Below the pieces are notes generated by a model that saw only the letters and a program-made list of their open reading frames with translations, did not search any database and was not told where the DNA came from. Position numbers and translations under genes: made by a program. Positions 19,797-29,790 of a stretch of DNA of 51,034 bases are shown in pieces. Within the stretch, counting starts at the first letter, position 1. Every line of letters begins with the position of its first letter. Source of the DNA: a virus (lineage: Duplodnaviria; Caudoviricetes); the IMG/VR virus record IMGVR_UViG_3300027278_000018, positions 1 through 51,034 of that record; one strand, 5' to 3'.

Positions 19797-20336
19797 ATGA
19801 AAGAGTATCTTGATGAAAATGTTTATGTTGTTAGAAATTTTTTATCTTATGAAGAACTTTCAATACTATTAGAAGAATCGCATGAGCCCTCTGGTTGGGA
19901 GATAAGGGGCGGAGATAAAAACCCAATGCAGAATGTATGGAATAAGTTTATAGAAGGAACTAATAAAATTATTTTCTATAAAGATGGTGGAATATTTAAT
20001 AAGATAGAGTCTCTAATGAATACAGATATGATTAAATATAAGAAAGCATATGTTTTACAAAAAATGACAGAAATGCCAGTTGAAGAAAAAACAGCTTTAT
20101 TTTGGCACTATGAAAATAAAAACAATCATCTTGTCGCTGGAAGCTTTGTGCTTTATTTGAATGACGATTTTGAAGGAGGAGAGCTTGTCTTTAAAAACAA
20201 TGATATTCTTGTAAAGCCAGAGGCAAACATGTTCGTGTTTATTCCCGCAGGCGAGGATTACACACACTCAGTTAATAGTCATCAAGGTAATGATAGATTA
20301 ACCTATTACGGGGTGTCCTTTTATGAACAAAATTAA
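19797..20336 (+). CDS. 2OG-Fe(II) oxygenase (HxE variant)
   Basis: HYE, LYLNDDFEGGEL, HSV...DR. Confidence 0.88.
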   Translation: MKEYLDENVYVVRNFLSYEELSILLEESHEPSGWEIRGGDKNPMQNVWNKFIEGTNKIIFYKDGGIFNKIESLMNTDMIKYKKAYVLQKMTEMPVEEKTALFWHYENKNNHLVAGSFVLYLNDDFEGGELVFKNNDILVKPEANMFVFIPAGEDYTHSVNSHQGNDRLTYYGVSFYEQN

Positions 20337-20351
20337 TGGTACAATTGTAAT

Positions 20352-21023
20352 ATGAAATTAGAAAAGACTATTGTTGACGGAGATCTGTGGTACATAGACA
20401 ACTTCCTGACAGAAGAAGAGATTAATCTTTTTAAGCCATACATGTATGATAAAAACGAATGGTACGTTACCATGAGGTCCCCATATAAAAATGTTTTAAA
20501 TAAATTTATTGGCGCCGAAGTAATGCTTGATGATGAAAAAAATGTAACAACCATACCAGGGCCACAAGACAAAATACCTGAATGGTTCTATCCAATATTT
20601 GATAGAATAAGAGAGGTTTTGCCATTTGGTCATTACCCACAGGCTGCAACGCTACAAACATTCAAGGGAATGACACAGCAGCAAGCAAAATCATTATTGA
20701 TTCCAAAGTATCAAGAAAAATATATTGATAAAGAAATTGACTTTGCTTTTGACTGGCATTATGAAAGAGTTCCAGACTACAATGACAATATAGCAAGATC
20801 ATTTAGTGTTTATTTAAATGATGACTTTAAGGGCGGGGAACTAGAATTTAGACATAAAAGCTATAAGATAAACCCAAAGCCAGGAAGATTTGTTTCCATA
20901 CCAGTTGCACCTGAATTCGAACATAAAGTTGCTTTTGTAGATGGTAATGATAGACATACCTGGTATGGTGCAATTTTTGATACAGAAGATTTAGCAATGT
21001 ATAGTGAGCCAGGAAACTGTTAA
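20352..21023 (+). CDS. 2OG-Fe(II) oxygenase (HxE variant)
   Basis: HYE, YLNDDFKGGEL, HKV...DR. Confidence 0.88.
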   Translation: MKLEKTIVDGDLWYIDNFLTEEEINLFKPYMYDKNEWYVTMRSPYKNVLNKFIGAEVMLDDEKNVTTIPGPQDKIPEWFYPIFDRIREVLPFGHYPQAATLQTFKGMTQQQAKSLLIPKYQEKYIDKEIDFAFDWHYERVPDYNDNIARSFSVYLNDDFKGGELEFRHKSYKINPKPGRFVSIPVAPEFEHKVAFVDGNDRHTWYGAIFDTEDLAMYSEPGNC

Positions 21024-21544
21024 TTAACATTAATACATTTATTTAAGGCTATGCCATAAATTTTATTTTGCTCAGTTAGATCAAATTGTGTCATATCAAT
21101 ATTTCCATAGGTATCAGATGTTTTGCTGGATACAAGATATTTACTTCCTTCATAATCTTTAAGATTTGTTTTATAAAGTAATCCGTTGTCTATAAGATTA
21201 AAGTAATTAAATAGATATTTAATTAAACTGTCAGTATTATTGATTAAATCATTGTAGTCTATCAACATATATGAGTCATTAATTAAATTTTCATAAAATA
21301 TTTTGTAAGCTTCTGGGTAATCATTGAAAACTTTACCTGGTTCGTAGTGTTTTTGCATTGCATATTTTGATCTTAAAGTATCATTAGGATTTCTTACTAT
21401 AGAAATAATGTATTTATTAAAAACTTTTTCTTTATCATGAGTAGACTTTAAAATAAAACCAGTTTTTTGATTAATCAGCTCTTTTAAGTACTTAGAGCCA
21501 GATCTAGGATAAGTTAATAGCATACGATTATTAATATCTCTCAT
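21020..21544 (-). CDS. Sulfotransferase-domain protein
   Basis: TYPRSGS, IVRNPNDTLRS, IDYNDL. Confidence 0.75.
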   Translation of the reverse strand: MRDINNRMLLTYPRSGSKYLKELINQKTGFILKSTHDKEKVFNKYIISIVRNPNDTLRSKYAMQKHYEPGKVFNDYPEAYKIFYENLINDSYMLIDYNDLINNTDSLIKYLFNYFNLIDNGLLYKTNLKDYEGSKYLVSSKTSDTYGNIDMTQFDLTEQNKIYGIALNKCINVN

Positions 21545-21841
21545 ATATAATTATACCACTTGCACCATTGACTATTCAGGATATATTTAGTATACTTAAA
21601 ATATGAAAGAGCCTAAAATTATGAAAATGGACTGGCGCTCACTCGGTTACTGGCCAGTATATAAAGATGGTAAACTTACATGGGAAAAGGATCCAGATGT
21701 CCAAGATGAATGATGGTTTAGATAGGTCTATGCGTCTTAAACTGGTCATAGAGGATATGTTAAAAGATATTGACATGAGCGGGGAAGAATGGAATGACCG
21801 TGATAAAGACGGAGTTGCGTATTGGGAGAAATGGAATAAGA

Positions 21842-22123
21842 ATGATTGATTGGTTAGTTCATAAATTATTTTGGTGGGCACCACTTCGCAAAGCTATCTT
21901 TGAAGAAGTACATATGTATGACCATTTGTCTGATGTATTTACTGGTTCAGACTTAACAGATATAGCTTCATGCAGCTGGATGGAAGGCGATATGTGGTAT
22001 GGTTGGACATATGATAGTAACGCCAAGCGTTATTACTTTGATGATATTGGCAATAAATCTCTCATTGGATTATGGGAAGATCAATGGTTAAAAGAGGCCG
22101 AACAAGATGTCAAAATGGATTAA
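21842..22123 (+). CDS. Hypothetical Trp-rich protein
   Basis: ORF coupled to neighbours; probable start MIDWLV. Confidence 0.55.
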   Translation: MIDWLVHKLFWWAPLRKAIFEEVHMYDHLSDVFTGSDLTDIASCSWMEGDMWYGWTYDSNAKRYYFDDIGNKSLIGLWEDQWLKEAEQDVKMD

Positions 22124-22285
22124 AATAGTTGGTGAAGCAGCACACAAGTGTGACCTGCCATGGGCCATAAACGCTCATACAATGTCTGGAACACACCTTC
22201 AAAAAAGGCATTCAGGATCAATTTGGGAATGTGATTGTGGGGAAAGATATGAATGGGACGGAAAAGATTTTAGCGGACCCATGTA

Positions 22286-22516
22286 ATGAAAATAGAGTTA
22301 AGTGCCTTTTGTGTTCATTGTAATGAAAGCGTAAAAGGAAGGTTAACCGAGATGGTTGTCTTAGATTCAGGTAATTGGTTACACATAGGAGAGTGCCCAG
22401 TTTGCTATCTTGAAATTAAGCGAATTGTCCCCAAGGACAGTTCAGGTTCCTATAATGGTCGTAGAGCAGTTTCCGAAACTGATAATGAAGGTCCGATTCC
22501 TTCACCTGAAGCTTGA
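22286..22516 (+). CDS. Small Zn-ribbon protein
   Basis: FCVHC...GECPVC. Confidence 0.6.
   Translation: MKIELSAFCVHCNESVKGRLTEMVVLDSGNWLHIGECPVCYLEIKRIVPKDSSGSYNGRRAVSETDNEGPIPSPEA
22441..22511 (+). tRNA. Atypical tRNA-Arg(CCG)
   Basis: Acceptor TTCAGGT/ACCTGAA, anticodon arm cagt-ttCCGaa-actg, T stem gaagg/ccttc with non-canonical loop TCCGATT. Confidence 0.65.
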
Positions 22517-22527
22517 TAGGAGAATAA

Positions 22528-23109
22528 ATGGATATAGTTTATGATAAGATAGCTTTTTTTAGAAATGCTTTGCCTAATCCTAAAGAATGGTTAGATAAAG
22601 TAGAATTAATAGAAGACGATTTAATTAGTGCATGGATCCCATGGCAGTCTAACCCTGATGATGGAACTACTCCCTATGTTTATGGAGATAGGAAACATTT
22701 GCTATTAAAAGACTCTGAAAGCAATAAAGAGTCTGCGGCCTTAGTTAAGCAAGTAATAGATGCAATGGTAAACTGTGCAGAACAATATGCTAAAGAATAT
22801 AATATAAATATACCAATTGATTTAGGTTCAGCCTGTGTGCTAAATAAATATAAAGAAAATGAAGTTATGGGACAACATGCTGACTGGAATGAGCATCAAG
22901 ATATGCTTGAATATTCATTTGTTGTTTATATCAACGAAGACTATGAGGGTGGCGAGTTATATTTTAAGGACTTAGATGTGACAATAACTCCAGAAGCAGG
23001 AAGCATAGCTTTGTTCCCAGCTAAACTTCCATATTCTCATGGATCTAACCAGCTAATAAGCGGCAGAAAGGTATTTATACCTCATTTCTGGAGAAATGTA
23101 AAGTCATAA
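22528..23109 (+). CDS. 2OG-Fe(II) oxygenase
   Basis: HAD, YINEDYEGGEL, YSHG...GRK. Confidence 0.9.
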   Translation: MDIVYDKIAFFRNALPNPKEWLDKVELIEDDLISAWIPWQSNPDDGTTPYVYGDRKHLLLKDSESNKESAALVKQVIDAMVNCAEQYAKEYNINIPIDLGSACVLNKYKENEVMGQHADWNEHQDMLEYSFVVYINEDYEGGELYFKDLDVTITPEAGSIALFPAKLPYSHGSNQLISGRKVFIPHFWRNVKS

Positions 23110-23333
23110 TGAGTTGGCACGATAGCCCTTTGGCTAAACATTGGCAATCAATGACATATCAGTATGGTTGGAAGTGTAAGTGTGGTGAAGAAATTCATGT
23201 AACGACCCTAAATCTTAAAACTATGCCCGAGTGCCTAATGTGCGATAGCCATATGTACATGACATACTCAATCAATCCAGCTGGGGAAATATGGATGAAC
23301 GCAGCATTGCTTCTAGAAGAGGACTACGAATAG
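23109..23333 (+). CDS. Hypothetical Cys-motif protein
   Basis: CKC...CLMC. Confidence 0.55.
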   Translation: MSWHDSPLAKHWQSMTYQYGWKCKCGEEIHVTTLNLKTMPECLMCDSHMYMTYSINPAGEIWMNAALLLEEDYE

Positions 23334-23540
23334 GTGGGTAAACATTGGGAAGATAAATCTCAGTGGATAACACATTGCCCAATATGTTTTTGTGCAACCA
23401 CACATAATCTACTAGACTTTCATTTACAATATCATGAAATTCAGACCCCAATTAGTGAAATCGGCGACGGTAGAGGGATCCCAGTCAACTACGTTGACAC
23501 ATTTAATGATATAATAGATATCTAACGATAAGGATATAAT

Positions 23541-23771
23541 ATGTGGTGGTCATGGATACTAGCCATAATCGGCGTAGCAGGTATATACTTTGTAGGCAGA
23601 AAAGATAAATGGGGATGGTTTGTACTTTTATTTAACGAATGTCTATGGATAACATATGCAGTAATAACAAGCCAATACGGATTCATATTTTCAGCTATAG
23701 CGTATGCAGCAGTATATATTAAATCATACATTCATTGGTCTAAAGAGCCTGTAAACAAAATACATCTATAA
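23541..23771 (+). CDS. PnuC-like small membrane protein
   Basis: Three TM segments; WGW...LWITYA...YGF. Confidence 0.55.
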   Translation: MWWSWILAIIGVAGIYFVGRKDKWGWFVLLFNECLWITYAVITSQYGFIFSAIAYAAVYIKSYIHWSKEPVNKIHL

Positions 23772-23882
23772 GGAGGATATAATGTCAAAAAAGAAGATAA
23801 AGCTTCCACTTAGATTTTGGAAGAACCCAATTAGATACGTAAAGTTTCATAAAGCACTAAATAAAGTTAAGAAGTCAATGTA

Positions 23883-24167
23883 ATGGCCTACTCAAGATTC
23901 TTTGATAGCGACATATATATCTATCCACATGTTGGTGGCTGGATTGAATGTCAGGCTTGCTACCTTAATGAGCCCACAGATCAATACTCATTGTTCTCTA
24001 TGTCTGAAGAAATACATGATGATGGTCATTTAATATCTCATGTTAGGGAACATATCAATGCTGGTCATGATGTGCCAGAAGGACTGCTAGAGCAAATTCT
24101 AGATGATCCAGATAGATACGGTGTGAGTGCTGCCCCTGATGGTTATGAATTGGGCGGGGAAGCTTAA
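23883..24167 (+). CDS. Hypothetical protein
   Basis: MAYSRFFDSDIYIY...CQAC. Confidence 0.6.
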   Translation: MAYSRFFDSDIYIYPHVGGWIECQACYLNEPTDQYSLFSMSEEIHDDGHLISHVREHINAGHDVPEGLLEQILDDPDRYGVSAAPDGYELGGEA

Positions 24168-24184
24168 GTGGTATAATTTACTTA

Positions 24185-24414
24185 TGGAAAACAACGACAA
24201 CATTGAATTAACAGATGAAGAGATCTCAAAGGGATATGAATCAGATAACCCAGATGAAGATAAATGGGACAACTTAGAAAAGGCTTGCTGGAGCGGATAT
24301 AAGCAGGTTGGTATGAAAGATAAGGGCGGAAAGAAAGTCCCTAACTGCGTACCAGTAAAGAAGTCTATGTTCGGCACAGAAGGACCTCAGACACTCATTC
24401 CAAGGAATAAATAA
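24185..24414 (+). CDS. Hypothetical protein with CWSGYKQVGMK...VPNCVP motif
   Basis: Probable leaderless start MENND shortly after TATAAT. Confidence 0.55.
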
Positions 24415-24676
24415 CATGGGTATCTTAGATAACCTTGAAGCCTATCTAGAGGCGGAAGAGACAGAGAAGTGCCATTACTGTCAAGCTGTAGCTACATATA
24501 ATGATTTAGCCGAAGTAGACAGAAACTATCAAGTAGTAGGCGTGTGTGCGTGTCATTCATATCAAGGTTTAGTATCTTAATATAGTATATATACTATATA
24601 GGTCCCAATTAGTGAAAAAGTTCGGCGGTAGAGACCCTATTGTCACTACGTGACTTAAATGCTACAATGAATATAT

Positions 24677-24958
24677 ATGTTAAAGCAAAGACTAGATAAG
24701 CTATTTAAGCCTTACAAAGCTCAATTTGATAGATGCCCAATCCGTATTAAGATCATAGCCATATTGTGCGTTATGTACCTATCTGTACCAATTGACCCAT
24801 TTGATATACTATTTCCCTGGATGGCATTGGCAGATGATCTATTTATAGCGGGCATCCTATTAAAGATTCTGCACAAATACGGCGGGCTGGAAGAAGAAGT
24901 CCTAACCTCACCAATAGAACTATTAAGAGATGTATTTAATAGAACCAAGAAGAAATGA
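24677..24958 (+). CDS. YkvA/DUF1232-like membrane protein
   Basis: YLSVPIDPFDILFPWMALADD. Confidence 0.75.
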   Translation: MLKQRLDKLFKPYKAQFDRCPIRIKIIAILCVMYLSVPIDPFDILFPWMALADDLFIAGILLKILHKYGGLEEEVLTSPIELLRDVFNRTKKK

Positions 24959-24970
24959 TATAATAGAACA

Positions 24971-25171
24971 ATGATAACTATAATACTAATAGCACTTACA
25001 TGGTACCTAACTAAGGTATATTATACTAAGACTCTAAAAGTCTCAATCTATGATTTAGAGCAGCATAACCTAATGCAGGCTACCTGTAGCAAATGTGCTC
25101 AAACTCTTGTGATCCATATGGATGATATGCGTAACCCATTTTATTGCCTAGGCTGTAAAACACTGAGATAA
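24971..25171 (+). CDS. TM plus Zn-finger hypothetical protein
   Basis: CSKC...CLGC; leaderless. Confidence 0.55.
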   Translation: MITIILIALTWYLTKVYYTKTLKVSIYDLEQHNLMQATCSKCAQTLVIHMDDMRNPFYCLGCKTLR

Positions 25172-25725
25172 GCTATGGATAAATTCGAATCATCATATAA
25201 TAAGTTTGCTAAAACTGAGCCATATAAGGTAGCATGTAGCAAATGTCTGATCCTATTTTATAAGGCTAATGATGACCCATTTGTGTGTCTGGAATGCTCA
25301 GTAAGATAGAGCATAACCTAGTTGACTAGGATACTATAAATATAGTATAATATATTATATGGCTGAAGCAAAAATACCAGGATATAAACAAAATCCACCA
25401 GACTGGTGCGATGATTGTAAATCTGCTGGAGGCGAAGAGTGTCCAGATTGTGGATGCACTCATAATTGTTGAAAGGCGGGAACAGCAAGTAATGGCAAAA
25501 AAACGGAAGTTCAATTGGGATCAACAGCTTCAATATGCCCAAGAAGCATTAGATAAGAATAAAGCCCTAATAGAGTCTACATCTAGAGGAACTAATGCAA
25601 ATAAGGCTTCATCTTGGTCTAGAAGACCATCTAAGAATAAGAGCCCATTGCAATAAATTAGCTCCTAACTCCTATATCCCCCTCCCTTTTATCTCCTTTC
25701 TATCAGCCTCCTAGAGGCTTATTTA

Positions 25726-25751
25726 GTGGAGTAAAGTGGAGCATAGTGGAG
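25726..25751 (+). promoter_or_regulatory. Three GTGGAG direct repeats at 10-bp period (MraZ-box-like)
   Basis: gtggag-taaa-gtggag-cata-gtggag. Confidence 0.55.
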
Positions 25752-26205
25752 AATTTATACTATAAACAACATATCATATACTATAGTTATATCTATATAA
25801 ACATACATATGTAATTGAGCATAACATACAGATGGGCGTAATGTCAATAGGACAATTTGGACATATATAGCAGCATATTGATCCATATTTGTCAATAGAA
25901 TTCATGAGGAATTTTGATCTATTTTGCCATATTCTCTACACATTTGTCGACATTCTATATGTATCTTAAATCATTTAGACATATTGTGTAGCAAATTTCA
26001 GGGATTTTGTCAAGGCCTTCGTAAATAGAAAATTTTTCCCTCAGCTATAAATTTCAGGGATTTTGATCATGTGGTCGTAAACGAAAAAATTTGCCCTCAT
26101 GCCCACACATGCAAAAAATCCACAGGATGTGGATAATCCTGTGGATAATTTGGGCTAGATATGTTTATCTATCTAACCAGGCATGCTCATATTCATTGTA
26201 TATGC

Positions 26206-26589
26206 CTAATTGATTAAATTAACTTCATCGAATTCCTTCTCCTCATACTCTCTTTGTATCCTATAGGACTGAGGTATTGATTTGAATAGTTCCGCCTTTG
26301 TTTTAGGAAGTTTAAGAAACTCAAACTCCTTGTATTCTTGTATTTGCTTGATTGCTTCGTTTAGTTCATTGGCTAGATAGGTTCCTTCTGATTCCACCCC
26401 GTCATAATCGTTGTTCCCGTGACGAAGCGATACCTCCTTGATGACCTGACTTACCAGTTCCATTAATCTATCTAATGTGTAGTACGGTTGATTAGCCATG
26501 TATCGAGCCATGATTGCTGGATTGAACCAATGGTCTTCTGTTAGATTAATCAGTTGTTCTGCTAACTTGATTTCGTTTGACTTACTCAT
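26206..26589 (-). CDS. Hypothetical protein
   Basis: AACGAAAGG RBS; TATAAT upstream. Confidence 0.7.
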   Translation of the reverse strand: MSKSNEIKLAEQLINLTEDHWFNPAIMARYMANQPYYTLDRLMELVSQVIKEVSLRHGNNDYDGVESEGTYLANELNEAIKQIQEYKEFEFLKLPKTKAELFKSIPQSYRIQREYEEKEFDEVNLIN

Positions 26590-26685
26590 TTTCCGCCTTT
26601 CGTTAACTGTCTATTATACCAAAATGAAGCAGGGCTGGCAATGCCCACGGATCCCACCGCTATCGCCAGCCCCACACTTGGGTCC

Positions 26686-26832
26686 TTACTTAGCCTTGTT
26701 AACTGGCTCTGCTGTAAAGACAATTCCTTTGGTTGCTGCCTCTTGGAGGGCGACCTTTGCTGCACCTGAGAAACGTCCACGAACGCCTACTGTAATGCCC
26801 TGAGCTTTTAGATATTCACGCTTTGTTGTCAT
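26686..26832 (-). CDS. 48-aa Lsr2 DNA-binding-domain-like protein (MTTKREYLKAQGITVGVRGRFS...), not in ORF track
   Basis: RE.L...G..V..RGR pattern resembles the Lsr2 C-terminal domain; GAAAGG RBS; own promoter near 26869. Confidence 0.65.
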   Translation of the reverse strand: MTTKREYLKAQGITVGVRGRFSGAAKVALQEAATKGIVFTAEPVNKAK

Positions 26833-27058
26833 TTGTTTTTATCCTTTCAAGATAATTGGTTTGATTTAATTATAGCAACTTTTCACGGATTTGTAAATAG
26901 TTACCGTAAGCAACTTTTTCTGCCCTTATGTTAAATTAGTTTGTTCAATACGATCTTTAATTAATTTAGCAATGATGTTATGGGCCTCAATGTTTTCGGT
27001 TTCGCTGCCACCCCACAGGAGCTTTTGGGCTTTATCTAATTGATCGTTCACGTACCTG

Positions 27059-27367
27059 TCACTCATCTTCATCTTCGTCCTCTTCCTCTTCTGGATCCAC
27101 AAGGTACCCACGGTTTAACATCCAATCATGTACATCTTCGTTGTGTTGTTCTGCACCGTACTCTAGAGAGAAGCCTTGCCCAGCCTCTACAGCCTCACAC
27201 AGGTGGTCCCACATCTGTTCTTCTGTTACTGTACAGGTGTAGTCCCCGTCTTCCATTTTGTACTTGATGACGTCCCATGTCCATAGCCAAACCAAGGAGA
27301 GACCTAGGTCGGTGGTGCTTAGGATGTCAATACATTCGTTTAGTTTATCTTTATCTTCAGGTTTCAT
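27059..27367 (-). CDS. Hypothetical acidic protein
   Basis: Coupled ORF. Confidence 0.65.
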   Translation of the reverse strand: MKPEDKDKLNECIDILSTTDLGLSLVWLWTWDVIKYKMEDGDYTCTVTEEQMWDHLCEAVEAGQGFSLEYGAEQHNEDVHDWMLNRGYLVDPEEEEDEDEDE

Positions 27368-27657
27368 TTCATTCCCGCTTTCAGTTCTCGGTCATATGCT
27401 TCACCAATAGCAAATGACAATTGATAAGTTAGTTGATATAGTTCAACCAAGGCGTCTAGTCGTCCCGTTGCCTCAGTACGTGCCATGGAATCCATTGCCT
27501 CTTCTGATTCATCTTCAATTGCTTGTGCGTCTGAAAGTTCTTGCTCAGCAATGAACATTAGATTCTTTAGTTCCCCGTGCATGATGTCAAGGCCTGATAC
27601 TCCAGCATTGACCATGCGTTGCAAATGGGGCGGGAGCCCAATATCTTCTGCATTCAT
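27364..27657 (-). CDS. Hypothetical protein
   Basis: GCGAAAGG RBS. Confidence 0.65.
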   Translation of the reverse strand: MNAEDIGLPPHLQRMVNAGVSGLDIMHGELKNLMFIAEQELSDAQAIEDESEEAMDSMARTEATGRLDALVELYQLTYQLSFAIGEAYDRELKAGMK

Positions 27658-27866
27658 TATTCATACCTTTCGCTAGTAGAGTTCATTATATCAGTTGCCA
27701 CTGACAATAAATGTTCGGTTGCATCAATTGCTCCCATATAGAATGAATCTGATTCCCAGTATTCATCCTCATTTAAAGGTTCATTGTTTCTTGCATCCTC
27801 TAAGTCCTGGTTAAGACTAATTAAATGAATCTTCATATATTCCAGGAATTGAGATGACTTAGTCAA
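27657..27866 (-). CDS. Hypothetical protein (contains an internal TGTCAG-N10-TATAAT promoter)
   Basis: GGAGG RBS; TTG start. Confidence 0.6.
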   Translation of the reverse strand: MTKSSQFLEYMKIHLISLNQDLEDARNNEPLNEDEYWESDSFYMGAIDATEHLLSVATDIMNSTSERYE

Positions 27867-28144
27867 AATAGCCCTCCGCCCATAATCCTTCTAAGAAACT
27901 AGATACTTCTTCTAATCCCTTGGAAATGCCTGAATTGCCTAATTGTTTACAAGCAATATTAATAGTGGCAAGCATCATATTTATATCAGATATTTCGTAA
28001 CCTAACATTCTATTGCCTCCATATATTTAACCATAGTGTTTAATGTTATATGAATGTGACAATCACAATCATCAGATGTGTCTCTGTCATCAAAATGAAT
28101 TAAGTTGTCATCATAGATATAATTAATTAGTTCCTGTGTAGTAA

Positions 28145-28357
28145 TCATAAGCAGTATTCGTCTCCCTCAATATAGCCATAATATTCATTGTATGATTGTT
28201 TTAAGTTATCAGGAGCAAATGACATGAATTGCCATTCCGCATAATCGCTACCCTCATCTAAATTTTTACTGTTCCATTGTTCAAATAGGTGTTGCTCAAT
28301 ATCTACTTGAATTGCTCCAAGGATATGTTCTCCTACTGTATCTGTAAATGCTTCCAT
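28145..28357 (-). CDS. Hypothetical protein
   Basis: Coupled ORF. Confidence 0.6.
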   Translation of the reverse strand: MEAFTDTVGEHILGAIQVDIEQHLFEQWNSKNLDEGSDYAEWQFMSFAPDNLKQSYNEYYGYIEGDEYCL

Positions 28358-29094
28358 TATGCTTCCGCCTTTCTATATTCGGGTACTTTAGTGTCTAAGT
28401 ATATCTTATGGGTCTGACAAATTGCTACAGCCTCTAGGTCTGCCTCGCCAAGCCAGTGGCAATTGCCACAGATTTCGCCACAGTCATTTTCTTCACAGTA
28501 TTCCATTTGGTTAATGGCATCACAATCACGACATTGGTTGTCGTATTCTGATTCTGAGATAATTTCTCCACGAAGCATCTCTAACTCCCCACCCCAACCT
28601 GTTTCTTCTTCATAAGATAAAGTCATAAGTAAATTAGGGTATTGTGCAGATAGTTTAAGCAAAGCATTTATTGGACGAGACCAAGCAGTATTAAAGTTAT
28701 AATGGACTACATAGTTCTCGCCATTTTCTGCTTCCTCGATAGTTGTATCAGGATAAAGATTATCTTCTGATACGGCTACATCCCATTTAGTGCTCCACTC
28801 ACGGACATTAAAGTTATACCAGTCATTGGTCTCAAACTTCATTGCCTCAGAAAAATCGGTGGAACGAGGAGGTTGTCCATGATATACCTCATCAGTAATA
28901 CCAGCATCTCTATAGTTATAGATATTATGAAAAGCAAAGATAGGATTAACATACTTAGTCTGCTTAACATCATATGATAAATCACCTACTGCAGTAATAG
29001 AATAAACGAATGGCTTATTCATCTGCTTGATTAAAGATTTTACTTGCTCAGGATTACCTTCTATAGTTAATCCATTAAATACCCAATTTGGCAT
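28357..29094 (-). CDS. DUF1281/Api92-like (YubB ferredoxin-like) protein
   Basis: MPNWVFNGLTIEG, WYNFNVREWSTKWD, FNTAWSRP, LSYEEE. Confidence 0.8.
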   Translation of the reverse strand: MPNWVFNGLTIEGNPEQVKSLIKQMNKPFVYSITAVGDLSYDVKQTKYVNPIFAFHNIYNYRDAGITDEVYHGQPPRSTDFSEAMKFETNDWYNFNVREWSTKWDVAVSEDNLYPDTTIEEAENGENYVVHYNFNTAWSRPINALLKLSAQYPNLLMTLSYEEETGWGGELEMLRGEIISESEYDNQCRDCDAINQMEYCEENDCGEICGNCHWLGEADLEAVAICQTHKIYLDTKVPEYRKAEA

Positions 29095-29269
29095 TTTATA
29101 TCCTTTCGTTGATATGTTCTAATTATAGACTAGACCACTGACAAATGGAATAGATTTGCCATGTGATACATGCCACATGATTCAGCTTTGTGGTCAAGAT
29201 CACAGAAATTCAGGCGATTTTATATTGACGTCGTAAACAAATTATAATACCCTCAGCCTTTGTGGGCAA

Positions 29270-29416
29270 ATAGAAACCCCCAGCTAAAAGCTGGGGGGTA
29301 TGAATATGGCTGCTGATTTCCAACGAAAGAAATAAACCGCTTTACTTAGCGCCTGGCCCGCAGACTAGTTAGACGCACCATTTCATTTCTATATTAAAAC
29401 CAGGACCAAGGTCCTA
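29270..29416 (-). ncRNA. Candidate ~145-nt sRNA with its own -10 and intrinsic terminator
   Basis: TATAAT at 29423-29428, 5' hairpin AGGACC/GGTCCT, no credible ORF, terminator CCCCCAGCT-TTT-AGCTGGGGG-TTTCT. Confidence 0.55.
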
Positions 29417-29423
29417 GGTCCAA

Positions 29424-29789
29424 TTATACCATAACTAGTCGACTGTATTTATCTACGAATTTATCAATTGGCAGCGAGAAGACTACCTGAGATAGGTCCT
29501 CTTCATACAGTGTAAATGTTTTCTTAGACCAATCAATCACAGGCACCTTGTGCTCGTTGTCCCCAATATGATTAATATAAAGACCCCAGCCTGTTTCTGA
29601 TTCCCATTCCTGTGCAACCAATTGAGATATGCATATACGTGTAGCATATGCCTCATCCGTCCACCGTGGTTCTGCTTTTGCTACTGCAGTGGCCAAGTGG
29701 TGCAGCATCTCTGAGCCCGCCCAATGTCCATATAGATATAATGTTTCGCCCTTAGAATCTCTGAATCCAAAGTTTGCTCTATTTCCCAT
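29424..29789 (-). CDS. Hypothetical phage protein
   Basis: MGNRANFGF...LYLYGHWAG. Confidence 0.7.
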   Translation of the reverse strand: MGNRANFGFRDSKGETLYLYGHWAGSEMLHHLATAVAKAEPRWTDEAYATRICISQLVAQEWESETGWGLYINHIGDNEHKVPVIDWSKKTFTLYEEDLSQVVFSLPIDKFVDKYSRLVMV

Positions 29790-29790
29790 T

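Noticed and set aside
24581-24598. Perfect palindrome tatagtatatatactata
   Set aside because: Low-complexity AT sequence, plausible by chance
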